Part shown: positions 7,197 through 16,427 of the stretch, in pieces
Layout of the letters: each line of letters starts with the position of its first letter
Numbering within the stretch: position 1 is the first letter of the stretch
Assembly (NCBI GenBank): GCA_964394715.1
Contig: CAYMYR010000007.1
Span: forward strand, 498 to 64,497
DNA: 64,000 nucleotides
From: an uncultured Smithella sp.
Lineage (GTDB): Bacteria > Desulfobacterota > Syntrophia > Syntrophales > Smithellaceae
Direction of reading: 5' to 3'
Notes under the pieces: generated by a model
The model's database searches: none
Seen by the model: the letters and a program-made list of their open reading frames with translations, nothing else
What the model was told of the DNA's origin: nothing
Program-made: the position numbers and the translations under genes

Positions 7197-9644
7197 ATGG
7201 CAACAAACAGCAAATGGAGTTATCTCAGTGATCCGCCCGTTAAGGGAAGCCCCTTTAGCATTATCCTGGATGAGGACAAGTGCATCGGCTGTGGCATGTG
7301 CGTCAAGCAATGTCCTGCCCAGACTATCGGGATGGAGGATCGAGAGCCATCCATTCACCAGGAGCCGGCCTGCCAGCATCAATGCCCCGCCGGAATCGAT
7401 GTCCGGCGTTACCTCCATCTCCTCACCCATGGCGGGTCTTTTGAAGACGCATGGAAGGTCATCACGGAAGCAAACCCGCTGCCGGCCACAACGGGCAGGG
7501 TCTGCCCCCACCCCTGCGAATCGGGATGCAACCGGAATGCTGTCGACGAATCCCTGAGCATCAACAGTGTCGAGCGGTTTATCGGCGATTACGCCATAGA
7601 GAAAAAACTCCGCTTCCCCAAAAAGAATCTTTTGTCGGGTAACAAAGTGGCGGTCATCGGGTCGGGACCTTCCGGATTGTCCTGCGCCTACCACCTGTCG
7701 CTTGCCGGACATCCCGTTACCATATTCGAATCCCAATCCCAGCCCGGAGGTATGCTGCGATATGCCATCCCCTCCTACCGGCTGCCCAAATCTGTCCTGG
7801 ATGAAGAAATAAAAAGGATCGTCGATCTTGGCGTCGAAATCCGCTGCAACGCGGAAGTGGGCAAAACCTTATCGCTGGAAGATCTCCGGAAAGACTTCAG
7901 GGCCGTTTACGTGGCGATTGGTTGCCAGGACACAAGCAAGCTCGGGATTGACGGAGAAAACGAAGAGCTTGTCCATTCCGGGCTGGAATTTCTGAAGCAA
8001 GCCGCACGGGGATGCAGCGATTTTCCGGGAAAGCAGGTCATTGTTGTCGGCGGCGGCAATACGGCCATTGATGCGGCCCGCTCCCTGAGGCGCATGGGCG
8101 CCAACGTTACTGTACTTTACAGGCGGACGATAAAGGACATGCCGGCCCATGAAACAGAGGTCGCCGAGACGCAGGAGGAAGGTATTACCCTGCAGTTTCT
8201 CTGTGCCCCCGTCGGGATAAAAAGAAACAATACATCCATCACTGTGACCTGCATCAAGATGGAAAGCGGAGAAAAAGACGCTTCGGGAAGGGCACGGCCC
8301 GTTCCTGTTGCCGGAAGTGAATTCACGGTGGAAGCGGACGTGGTGATATCGGCGATCGGACAGGTTATCGCATCGGAAGGATTGACCAGCCTGATCAACG
8401 GAAAGAAAGTCATCGAGGCCGGCTCCAATGGCTTCACAGGTATGAAAGGCGTGTTTGCCGGAGGCGATGCGGTCTCGGGACCGGCAACCGTTACAGCGGC
8501 AATCGGCGCCGGACGCAGAGCGGCTGAAGCTATCGATGCCTATGTTCAGGGCAGAGAACTCTCGGACGGCGAAAAGCTGGAAATCTCATACAAGGACATG
8601 CCCTTTAACGAATACGAAAAAATTCCCCGCAGCCACGCCCCGCTGCTGCCCGTTGCCGAACGGTTCAAAAACATCGGCACGGAGGTTCATCTCCCGCTTC
8701 ATGCCGATCAGGTCATGGCGGAAGCCAGACGGTGCATCCGCTGCGGCAGCTCAAAACCGGCATTTGTCGGTATGCCTTACTTCGGGAAAATCTGCCTGGC
8801 CTGCCGCGACTGCGAAGCAGTGTGCCCGAATCAGGCCCTCCATTTCCCCCATTACTATTTTGTTGAAAAGGGCCGCTGGCATTATGAGTTCGATTACCCC
8901 AAAAAGACGGGAGGCGGATATCCCAATCCCCTTCGGGCGGCAGAGGCGCCTTCGTTCAGTACTATCGCCTCCCAGCTGACCGAAACGGAAAAGGTGATCT
9001 ATCAGCGGAGGTCCACGCGGATCTATAAGCCCGACCAGGTGCCTGATGATATGCTTCACCGGATTCTGGAGGCAGGAAGGTTTGCCCCTTCGGCGGGCAA
9101 CTGCCAGGGATGGAAATTCACCGTACTTCAAGACCGGGCTTTGATGGACGAAATCAGTGATGGAACTAGGAAGTTCCTCCATACTTTTTCCAGACTCTAC
9201 CAGGGCAAAAGCCTGCCACGCACTCTATTGAAAAATATGCTGGCTGTCTTAAAGCCGGATGGCATCGACCAGCGTCCCATGCTGGCCATCCAGGCTCTGA
9301 TGACCCCCAAGTACAGGAAAGAGCCGCAAAGCGTCTTCTTCAATGCCCCCACAGTCATTCTCATTCTTGGTCATAAGCAATACATTTCGGACATGGCCTT
9401 CGGAACCGGAGTCTGTGGCCAGAATATCGTCCTGGCCGCACACTCCCTGGGCCTGGGCACCTGTTACGTGGGATTCGCCACTTCCGCGTTGAACATGGAT
9501 CCGAGAATGAAGAGATACAAAGAACGGCTGGGCATCATCTGGCCTTATGAAACCGTGGCGGAGATCATCGCTGTCGGCTATCCGGCGGTACAGACGGATC
9601 GTGTTGTTGAGAGGGAGTTTCCCAAAATCGTCTGGGTGAAATGA
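7197..9644 (+). CDS. Multidomain oxidoreductase: 4Fe-4S ferredoxin + GltD-like NAD(P)H/FAD oxidoreductase + ferredoxin + nitroreductase domain
   Basis: Domains in order: CIGCGMCVKQCP; a GltD-type cluster region (CQHQCPAGIDV...GRVCPHPCESGCNR); two Rossmann motifs (VAVIGSGPSGLSCAY, VIVVGGGNTAIDAARS); CLACRDCEAVCP; and a nitroreductase block (RRSTRIYKPDQVPDDMLHRILEAGRFAPSAGNCQGWKF). SD GGAAAGGAGAG lies upstream of the ATG. Confidence 0.8.
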   Translation: MATNSKWSYLSDPPVKGSPFSIILDEDKCIGCGMCVKQCPAQTIGMEDREPSIHQEPACQHQCPAGIDVRRYLHLLTHGGSFEDAWKVITEANPLPATTGRVCPHPCESGCNRNAVDESLSINSVERFIGDYAIEKKLRFPKKNLLSGNKVAVIGSGPSGLSCAYHLSLAGHPVTIFESQSQPGGMLRYAIPSYRLPKSVLDEEIKRIVDLGVEIRCNAEVGKTLSLEDLRKDFRAVYVAIGCQDTSKLGIDGENEELVHSGLEFLKQAARGCSDFPGKQVIVVGGGNTAIDAARSLRRMGANVTVLYRRTIKDMPAHETEVAETQEEGITLQFLCAPVGIKRNNTSITVTCIKMESGEKDASGRARPVPVAGSEFTVEADVVISAIGQVIASEGLTSLINGKKVIEAGSNGFTGMKGVFAGGDAVSGPATVTAAIGAGRRAAEAIDAYVQGRELSDGEKLEISYKDMPFNEYEKIPRSHAPLLPVAERFKNIGTEVHLPLHADQVMAEARRCIRCGSSKPAFVGMPYFGKICLACRDCEAVCPNQALHFPHYYFVEKGRWHYEFDYPKKTGGGYPNPLRAAEAPSFSTIASQLTETEKVIYQRRSTRIYKPDQVPDDMLHRILEAGRFAPSAGNCQGWKFTVLQDRALMDEISDGTRKFLHTFSRLYQGKSLPRTLLKNMLAVLKPDGIDQRPMLAIQALMTPKYRKEPQSVFFNAPTVILILGHKQYISDMAFGTGVCGQNIVLAAHSLGLGTCYVGFATSALNMDPRMKRYKERLGIIWPYETVAEIIAVGYPAVQTDRVVEREFPKIVWVK

Positions 9645-9701
9645 TTGAATTGATCACGGGTGCAGACATAATTCCGAAAAACATGAGAAAGGATCGATAA
9701 G

Positions 9702-10943
9702 ATGGAAAACATTTACATTATCGGTGTCGGGATGATCCGGTTTGGAAAATATCCGGATCAGACGGTGCAGACCATGGCGCACGAAGCCATTGAACTGGCC
9801 CTGAAGGATGCGGGACTGGCGACGGAGGACATTGAGGCGGTATTCTTTGCCAACACTTTCTGGGGAATGTTTGACAACCAGCATTCCATCCGCGGGGAGG
9901 TGGTCATGCGGAACATGGGCGTCGGGTCAATCCCCGTCACCAACGTGGAAAACGCCTGTGCAGGCGGGTCGACAGCATTGCACATGGCCTGCACGGGAAT
10001 TAAGGCGGGCATGTACGATGTGGCCCTGGCCGTGGGTTCTGAAAAGATTACGAATCCGAACAAGGCTCTTTCTCTGGGAGCTTATGCCACGTGCATGGAT
10101 GTGGGCAACTTTGAAAAACACATTAATAACATCATGGAACTGAGTAAAACCTTCACGGTGAAGCTCCCGGAGGATCAGTCGGCACCCGGAGAAGGCCGCA
10201 GCATTTTCATGGATGCCTATGCGCTGGGCGCACGGTGGCACATGAGCCGTTTCGGTTCAACCCAGCAACAGCTGGCGGTGATCTGCGCCAAGAATCATTT
10301 CCATGGGTCGCTCAACCCCCTGGCCCAGTATCAGCATAAGATGACCATGGCGGAAGTTCTGGCGGACAAGGCGGTCGCCTACCCGTTAACGCGGGCAATG
10401 TGTGCCCCGGTCGGCGATGGGGCTGCCGCAGCCGTTGTCTGCACGAAAGAATACCTCAAGAAACTGGTAAACGCCCGGCCGGTCCGGATCCGGGCATCGA
10501 TACTTGGCAGCGGCGCCGACCGTGATATCAATGCGCCGGACATCGGAGAGCGTCTGTCTAAGAAGGCTTACAATGCGGCGGGGATCGGCCCGGAAGAAAT
10601 TGACTTTGCCGAGCTCCATGATGCCACATCCTGGGGAGAACTCCATCAGACGGAGTCAATGGGTTTTTGCCCCATGGGGGAAGGTGGACCGTTTGCGGAA
10701 TCCGGGGCCACAAAATTGGGCGGGAAAATGCCGATCAACACCAGTGGCGGCCTGGAATGCAAGGGGCACCCCATCGGGGCTTCCGGCCTCTCCCAGATTC
10801 ATGAGCTGGTCCTCCAGCTCCGGGGCGATGCCGGAAACCGGCAGGTAGACGGGGCCAGAATCGGACTGGCGGAAAACGGCGGAGGCAACATTGGTGTGGA
10901 AGAGGCAGCGATGGGAATCCATATCCTGGAAAAAGTGAAATAA
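9702..10943 (+). CDS. Thiolase-like protein (SCP-x / nonspecific lipid-transfer-type thiolase)
   Basis: VENACAGGSTAL active-site Cys block and C-terminal CKGHPIGASG...ENGGGN, at typical thiolase-superfamily length (413 aa). Confidence 0.8.
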   Translation: MENIYIIGVGMIRFGKYPDQTVQTMAHEAIELALKDAGLATEDIEAVFFANTFWGMFDNQHSIRGEVVMRNMGVGSIPVTNVENACAGGSTALHMACTGIKAGMYDVALAVGSEKITNPNKALSLGAYATCMDVGNFEKHINNIMELSKTFTVKLPEDQSAPGEGRSIFMDAYALGARWHMSRFGSTQQQLAVICAKNHFHGSLNPLAQYQHKMTMAEVLADKAVAYPLTRAMCAPVGDGAAAAVVCTKEYLKKLVNARPVRIRASILGSGADRDINAPDIGERLSKKAYNAAGIGPEEIDFAELHDATSWGELHQTESMGFCPMGEGGPFAESGATKLGGKMPINTSGGLECKGHPIGASGLSQIHELVLQLRGDAGNRQVDGARIGLAENGGGNIGVEEAAMGIHILEKVK

Positions 10944-11023
10944 CATGAATCGAAAAGCCCGAACGGGCTTGAAGAAAAAACAAAACATCATATGAGTCGT
11001 TTAACGCAATAACGGAGGTTGCT

Positions 11024-12628
11024 ATGCAGGAAGAAAAGGTACAGGGATTATTTTCCTATGAGATTCAGTCAAAATATGAAGAGAAACCGGATTTCAGGGT
11101 GCTGACATTTGAAAACGGCGATTGGCCCGAGGAAACTGTCACCTACGCGGACATTTTTCAGAAAGGGTGTAAACTGGCGACGGCCATGAAGGAGGCCGGC
11201 ATCGGCAGGGGCGACCGGTTCAGCGTCGTTATGAAGAATCATCCAGAATTTGTTTACTGCATGATGGCCGCTTCGCTGATCGGCGCCGTTATTGTTCCCA
11301 TCGATCCGCGGTCGAAAGGAAACAAGCTTACCTACCAGGTCCGGGACTCCAATTCCAAAGGAATCATTTTCAGCAACGAGTATGCGCCGGAAGTGATAAA
11401 AACGCTGGAAGAAATTCCCCAGGTGAAAGTCATCGGAATCTTGTACAAACCCGGCTTTGAAATGCCACGCCGCGATCAGTATCCGGACCTGGCCGCTTTC
11501 CTGAACGGCCCGAATGCAGATCCACCCGCGGATCGCAACCGCGATCCCCGTTCACCGTTCGAGATCATCTATACCTCGGGCACCACGGGAGATCCCAAGG
11601 GGGTTGTCGTCAAGTCCGACCGTCTTCCCATGTTTAAGCTGCTTGCCCAGCTTATCTGGCAATACACCAATGATGATGTTCTGTACACCGGGCTGTCCAT
11701 GTCGCACGGCAACGCCCAGTCCGTGACCCTGAGCCCGGCGCTCCTTCTCGGCATTCCCGCCATTGTCAGCCGGTCATTCACCAAGAGCCGTCTATGGGAC
11801 ATCTGCCGCAAGTACGGTGTAACGAGCTTTTCCCTGCTGGGCGGCATGATGATGGGCATTTACAGTGAGAAGAAAAAAGATAACGACGGGAATAATCCCG
11901 TCCGCAAGGTCCTCAGCGCCGGCACGCCCCTGCCGATCTGGAAGGATTTCGAAGAGCGCTTCCAGGTCAAAATTCACGAATGGTACGGCGCCGTGGAGGG
12001 AGGCTTTGCCCACAACGCTCCGGGCACCGGACCCGTTGGTTCCTTCGGCAAACCGATTGAAGGGATCATGGAAATGAAGGTGGTCCATGAAGACGACACG
12101 GAGTGCAAGCCCGGCGAAATCGGGGAACTGATTTGCCGGATGGTTGGCTCCAAGAAAGAGGAAGTGGAATACCACGGCAAGAAAGACGCATCGGCGGCAA
12201 AGACCCGCGGTGGCTGGCTGCGCACGGGCGATATGTGCCACCGGGACGCCGAAGGCTGGTTATATTTTGACTTCCGCAAGGGTGGCGGGCTCCGGCGTCA
12301 CGGGGATTTCATCCTTCCCGAATACGTCGAAAAGGCCCTGGCCGATCTTCCGGAAGTGAACGATGTCTGTGTTTATGGCATTCCCTCCAGCACCGGCGCC
12401 CCCGGCGAGAGTGACATCGTGGCGGCCATCGTCCCGGCCCATGGAAGCTCAGACATCGATGCGAAGAAAATCCAGACGGCTTTGGCAAAAAGCCTGGAGA
12501 AGAATTCGATTCCTTCCTATCTTCAGATTGTATCTGAAATTCCCAAAACCGCGTCGGAAAAAAATCTCGACAGAATTCTCCGGGATGAATTCCAGCCCGA
12601 TGCACCCAATGTCATCAGCCTGGGGTGA
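11024..12628 (+). CDS. AMP-dependent acyl-CoA synthetase/ligase
   Basis: AMP-binding motif YTSGTTGDPKGV, later WLRTGD, and C-terminal PKTASEKNLDR. SD GGAGG lies upstream. Confidence 0.85.
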   Translation: MQEEKVQGLFSYEIQSKYEEKPDFRVLTFENGDWPEETVTYADIFQKGCKLATAMKEAGIGRGDRFSVVMKNHPEFVYCMMAASLIGAVIVPIDPRSKGNKLTYQVRDSNSKGIIFSNEYAPEVIKTLEEIPQVKVIGILYKPGFEMPRRDQYPDLAAFLNGPNADPPADRNRDPRSPFEIIYTSGTTGDPKGVVVKSDRLPMFKLLAQLIWQYTNDDVLYTGLSMSHGNAQSVTLSPALLLGIPAIVSRSFTKSRLWDICRKYGVTSFSLLGGMMMGIYSEKKKDNDGNNPVRKVLSAGTPLPIWKDFEERFQVKIHEWYGAVEGGFAHNAPGTGPVGSFGKPIEGIMEMKVVHEDDTECKPGEIGELICRMVGSKKEEVEYHGKKDASAAKTRGGWLRTGDMCHRDAEGWLYFDFRKGGGLRRHGDFILPEYVEKALADLPEVNDVCVYGIPSSTGAPGESDIVAAIVPAHGSSDIDAKKIQTALAKSLEKNSIPSYLQIVSEIPKTASEKNLDRILRDEFQPDAPNVISLG

Positions 12629-12754
12629 CAGGAAGAAAATAGAGGCCCGGTGATGACCCGCCCTTTGTTGAAGTGAAGCATAACGGTTTACCCGGCACCC
12701 TGTGATGAAATGAAAATCTTCGACGCAAACATAATGATTGGGAAAGGAGGAGGT

Positions 12755-14260
12755 ATGCTGAACAGATCGGAGGTGAAATCCTATATATCGCGGTTTCCCC
12801 GGTTCGAGGATGAAACCCTGGCGCTTTATTATGCGCCGCGTATGCCCAAGGCCATAATCAAAGAAACGGAGAAAGTGGTTGCGCTGGCACGCAAGTTTAA
12901 TGACGAGGTTGCCAGGCCCCTGTGCCTCGAAATCGATCGCAAGACCCACGAAGATCCGGATTACTTTCCCTTGGAACTGGTGAAAAAGGCAAATGAATGG
13001 GGGTTCTACACCCTGTGGATACCAAAACTTTTCGGGGGAAAGGGCTACAACATGCCCTCCTTGTCTTATTTCCTCGAGGAGATCGGATCGGTCTGTGTCG
13101 GCATCTCCAATGTGATCGGTGTGCATTATCTCGGCATGGCAGCCTGCATGATGCTATGCAACACCAAAGTCATAAAAAAGGTACTAAGCGAGGTGGCCGA
13201 AGGCGAGAAAGCGGGTGATCCATGCCTCATTTCCTATGCCATTACCGAACCCGGTGCCGGCACAGACGTTGAAGAGGTGGAGCTGGAGGCAAAGGGCAGG
13301 CTCGGCTGCCAGGCTAAAAAGGTGAACGGCGGATACCTTCTTAATGGCAGCAAGGTTTTTATCTCCAATGGTCACCTTTCGAAGTGGTCTGTCGTTTATG
13401 CATACACTGACTTGAAAAGGGGTGCAGATACCAAGGTGGCTTTGATGGTGAAGCAGGGCATGAAAGGTTTTTCCCTCGGCAGACACGAGAATAAGATGGG
13501 CCAGAGGGCCTGCCCGGCCAGTGTGCTCAACTTCGAGGACTGCTTTGTCCCGGACGAACTGGTGGCTGTGGATGCCGATTCAATCAAATCCTTTACGAAG
13601 AAGTCTCCCCGCGACATGAACATGCAGCACATCGATTATGTCTTTTCCCTTTCCAGGGCGGGAGTGGGAGCATTCGGCATCGGGGCAGCGCGCGGCGCCT
13701 TCGAGGCCGCCCTACGGTATGCGAACGAGACAGAGATCGATGGTAAGCCCATGGTCTGCTACGAATGGGTCCAGTGTAGACTGGCCGAGATGTACGCCAA
13801 TGTCAGGCTTGGCAGGCTCGCCTATAACGAGGCCAACCTGGCCAACCAGCACCGGGGGACCTATAACCTCCTCCAGATGAAGCCGATTTACTACTACCTG
13901 AAGTATACGCCCTTGCCCTTTTTCAGCAAGATTATTTCGCCTCTGCTCAACACATCCTTCGCCACCTGGCTTTTGAGTAAATGGTACATCGACTGGCAAA
14001 AGCCCGGGGACCAGCACCTGACGACAGGCCTGGCTTCCATGGCAAAATTTTCCTGCACGGATTTCGGAGTCAGGAACTGCCAGATGGCCCTTGAGCTTAT
14101 GGGTAAGACAGGTCTCAGACAGGACAACGGCGCGGAGAAGATCCTGCGCGACGCCAAACTCCTCCAGATTTATGAGGGCACCAACCAGCTTAACCGGATC
14201 AATCTTTTCAAATCCATTATCGCCACTGCCAGTCCCAAGGCAGCATTCTTTGAAGAATAG
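12755..14260 (+). CDS. Acyl-CoA dehydrogenase (long form, catalytic Glu motif present)
   Basis: Start moved to ATG 12755 (GGAAAGGAGGAGG directly upstream). Motifs AITEPGAGTDV, KVFISNG and C-terminal LLQIYEGTNQLNRINLF. Confidence 0.85.
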   Translation: MLNRSEVKSYISRFPRFEDETLALYYAPRMPKAIIKETEKVVALARKFNDEVARPLCLEIDRKTHEDPDYFPLELVKKANEWGFYTLWIPKLFGGKGYNMPSLSYFLEEIGSVCVGISNVIGVHYLGMAACMMLCNTKVIKKVLSEVAEGEKAGDPCLISYAITEPGAGTDVEEVELEAKGRLGCQAKKVNGGYLLNGSKVFISNGHLSKWSVVYAYTDLKRGADTKVALMVKQGMKGFSLGRHENKMGQRACPASVLNFEDCFVPDELVAVDADSIKSFTKKSPRDMNMQHIDYVFSLSRAGVGAFGIGAARGAFEAALRYANETEIDGKPMVCYEWVQCRLAEMYANVRLGRLAYNEANLANQHRGTYNLLQMKPIYYYLKYTPLPFFSKIISPLLNTSFATWLLSKWYIDWQKPGDQHLTTGLASMAKFSCTDFGVRNCQMALELMGKTGLRQDNGAEKILRDAKLLQIYEGTNQLNRINLFKSIIATASPKAAFFEE

Positions 14261-14274
14261 TGAAGGAGGACGCC

Positions 14275-15408
14275 ATGCTGACTGCATTGAACAAAGACCT
14301 GAAACCGTTTGAAGAGCTCATTACCTCGTTTTCCAGGGGGGAACTCAAACCGCATGTCGAGGAGCACGACCGGTTTCCCTTCGGCACCCTTGACGTCAAT
14401 CTCATTGAGGATGCCTTCCGTAAGATTTTCGATCTGGGGTTTCTCGGCATCATGCTGCCCGAAAAATTCTCAGGCATAGGCCAGGGGATCAGCGCCATGT
14501 GCATGATGCTGGGTCACGTCGCAGAGGTGGACGCATCCTACTCCCTGATCATCCTGACAAGCTCCCTGTCCCAGCAAATCATTCTCAATGCCGGTGCCGA
14601 AGAGATCGCGGAAAAGGTCTACCCCTCCGCAAACAGCGCGCGGGAATATCTCATCTCCTTTCCGTCATTCACCGATCCCGGTCAGGCAGCAATTCTGCCG
14701 CAGGTTTCATCAGGACGTGAAGGCTATACGATTACCGGCAAGCTTGATTATCTCGTTCTGGGCAACTTCTCGAAATGGGCTGTCCTGCCGGCCCGGACTG
14801 CCGGCAGCAGGGCCTATTCCTTCTTCCTGGTGAATCTCAATGATCAGGGTGTCACGAAGAGCAACCCCATCTTCAGCCTAGGACTGCATGCCTGTCCCAT
14901 TGTCGATATTGCCCTCGACAACGTCAGCGCCCGGATCATCGGCGAGGAAGGACAAGGACAAAAGTATTTTGATATGACATCCAGAATCATGCATGTGGCC
15001 ACTGCCGCCATTAACGCGGGCATCATGAGGGGCTCCCTCAAGGAAGCCATTGAATACACAAAGGAGCGGGAACAGGGAGGAAAAGCTGTCATCAACTGGT
15101 CAGAAGTGAGAATGCTTCTGGCCAACATGGCGATCAAGTCCAAGGCCGCAGAGCTTTGCGTGACCCAGACCTGCAAAGCTATCGATGAAAACCTCAGGGA
15201 CTGGGGTTGGATCAGCATTGCTTCCACGCTGCATGTTCATGATCTTGCCTGCGACGTCGTCACCGATGGCGTTCAGTTGCTGGGCGGCTACGGGTACATG
15301 AAGGATTACGGTCAGGAGAAACGCTACCGGGACGCCAGACAGGTCCAGGCCCTTCTCGGTTTGGTTCCGCTCAAGAAGCTGGCGCTCATCAATGAACACA
15401 TCGCGTGA
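14275..15408 (+). CDS. Acyl-CoA dehydrogenase-like protein lacking the usual YEGT catalytic-Glu motif
   Basis: Start moved to ATG 14275 (GAAGGAGG 5 nt upstream). Has the ACAD C-terminal pattern LLGGYGYMKDYGQEKRYRDARQ, but the following segment reads VQALLGLVP where ACADs have I/QIYEGT. Confidence 0.75.
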   Translation: MLTALNKDLKPFEELITSFSRGELKPHVEEHDRFPFGTLDVNLIEDAFRKIFDLGFLGIMLPEKFSGIGQGISAMCMMLGHVAEVDASYSLIILTSSLSQQIILNAGAEEIAEKVYPSANSAREYLISFPSFTDPGQAAILPQVSSGREGYTITGKLDYLVLGNFSKWAVLPARTAGSRAYSFFLVNLNDQGVTKSNPIFSLGLHACPIVDIALDNVSARIIGEEGQGQKYFDMTSRIMHVATAAINAGIMRGSLKEAIEYTKEREQGGKAVINWSEVRMLLANMAIKSKAAELCVTQTCKAIDENLRDWGWISIASTLHVHDLACDVVTDGVQLLGGYGYMKDYGQEKRYRDARQVQALLGLVPLKKLALINEHIA

Positions 15409-15416
15409 AGGGATTT

Positions 15417-16376
15417 ATGAAGAACATTCTGATTACCGGTGTTTCAGGATACTTCGGGCAAAAGATAGTCTCTTTTTTTGAGAATAAAAAAGAAATTGAA
15501 AGCATATGCGGGATCGATATCAAACCACCCGCGTTCCATTCAACCAAGTTGTCATTTGTCAAATGCGATGTCAGGGCCGATCTTAAGGAGGTATTCAACG
15601 GAAGAAAGATAGACTGTGTGATTCACACCGCTTATATCCTGCCTCCTATCCACGACACAGCCTTGATGGAAGACATCAATGTGAATGGCACAAAAAATGT
15701 CATGAATGCGGCAGCCGTCCATGGCGTCGGACAGATTCTGGATTGTTCTTCGGGCACCGCTTACGGGTTTCATCCCGATAATCCCAAATACCTGGTCGAG
15801 GAAAGCCCGCTGAGGGGCAACGACGATTTCACATATGCCAAAAACAAGAAGGAGATTGAGGCATGGATAAGGGGTTTCGAAAAGGAGCATCCCGACATCC
15901 TCCTGACCACAATCCGCCCCTGTTTTGTGGTGGGGCCGGGGTTCACCAACCCCCTGGCGCGGCACCTGTGCAAAAAGATCTGCATCCTTCCTGACAAAAC
16001 GGCACCCTTTCAGTACATCCACGAAGATGATCTGGTAGATATCATGTACCATCTGCTGAAGAAGAGAAAGAAAGGGATATACAATCTGGCTGCGGACGGG
16101 ACCATGACCTTCGATGAAATGATCCGTATCCTCGGCGGATATCCCCTGAAAATGCCAGCAAGGCTTTTGTGGCCATTAAACCATTTGGCGTGGCGTCTTC
16201 GTTTGTCCTTTATGACCGAGTTTCCGAGTCCCTGCCTGAACATGATTCGTTACCCGTGGATCGTGAGCAACGCGAAGATCAAAAAGGACCTGGGATACCG
16301 TTTCAAATACACGACCCGAGAGGCCTTTGAGGATTTTGTCCGCCATGTGAAGTCATCGGGCCATTTGCGGGCGTAA
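15417..16376 (+). CDS. NAD-dependent epimerase/dehydratase family (extended SDR)
   Basis: N-terminal ILITGVSGYFGQ Rossmann motif and YAKNK (YxxxK). Start taken at ATG 15417 rather than GTG 15405. Confidence 0.75.
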   Translation: MKNILITGVSGYFGQKIVSFFENKKEIESICGIDIKPPAFHSTKLSFVKCDVRADLKEVFNGRKIDCVIHTAYILPPIHDTALMEDINVNGTKNVMNAAAVHGVGQILDCSSGTAYGFHPDNPKYLVEESPLRGNDDFTYAKNKKEIEAWIRGFEKEHPDILLTTIRPCFVVGPGFTNPLARHLCKKICILPDKTAPFQYIHEDDLVDIMYHLLKKRKKGIYNLAADGTMTFDEMIRILGGYPLKMPARLLWPLNHLAWRLRLSFMTEFPSPCLNMIRYPWIVSNAKIKKDLGYRFKYTTREAFEDFVRHVKSSGHLRA

Positions 16377-16427
16377 CCCGGTATGTGAACGATTCGAACA
16401 AGGATTTACAAATAAAAGGAGATTAAT

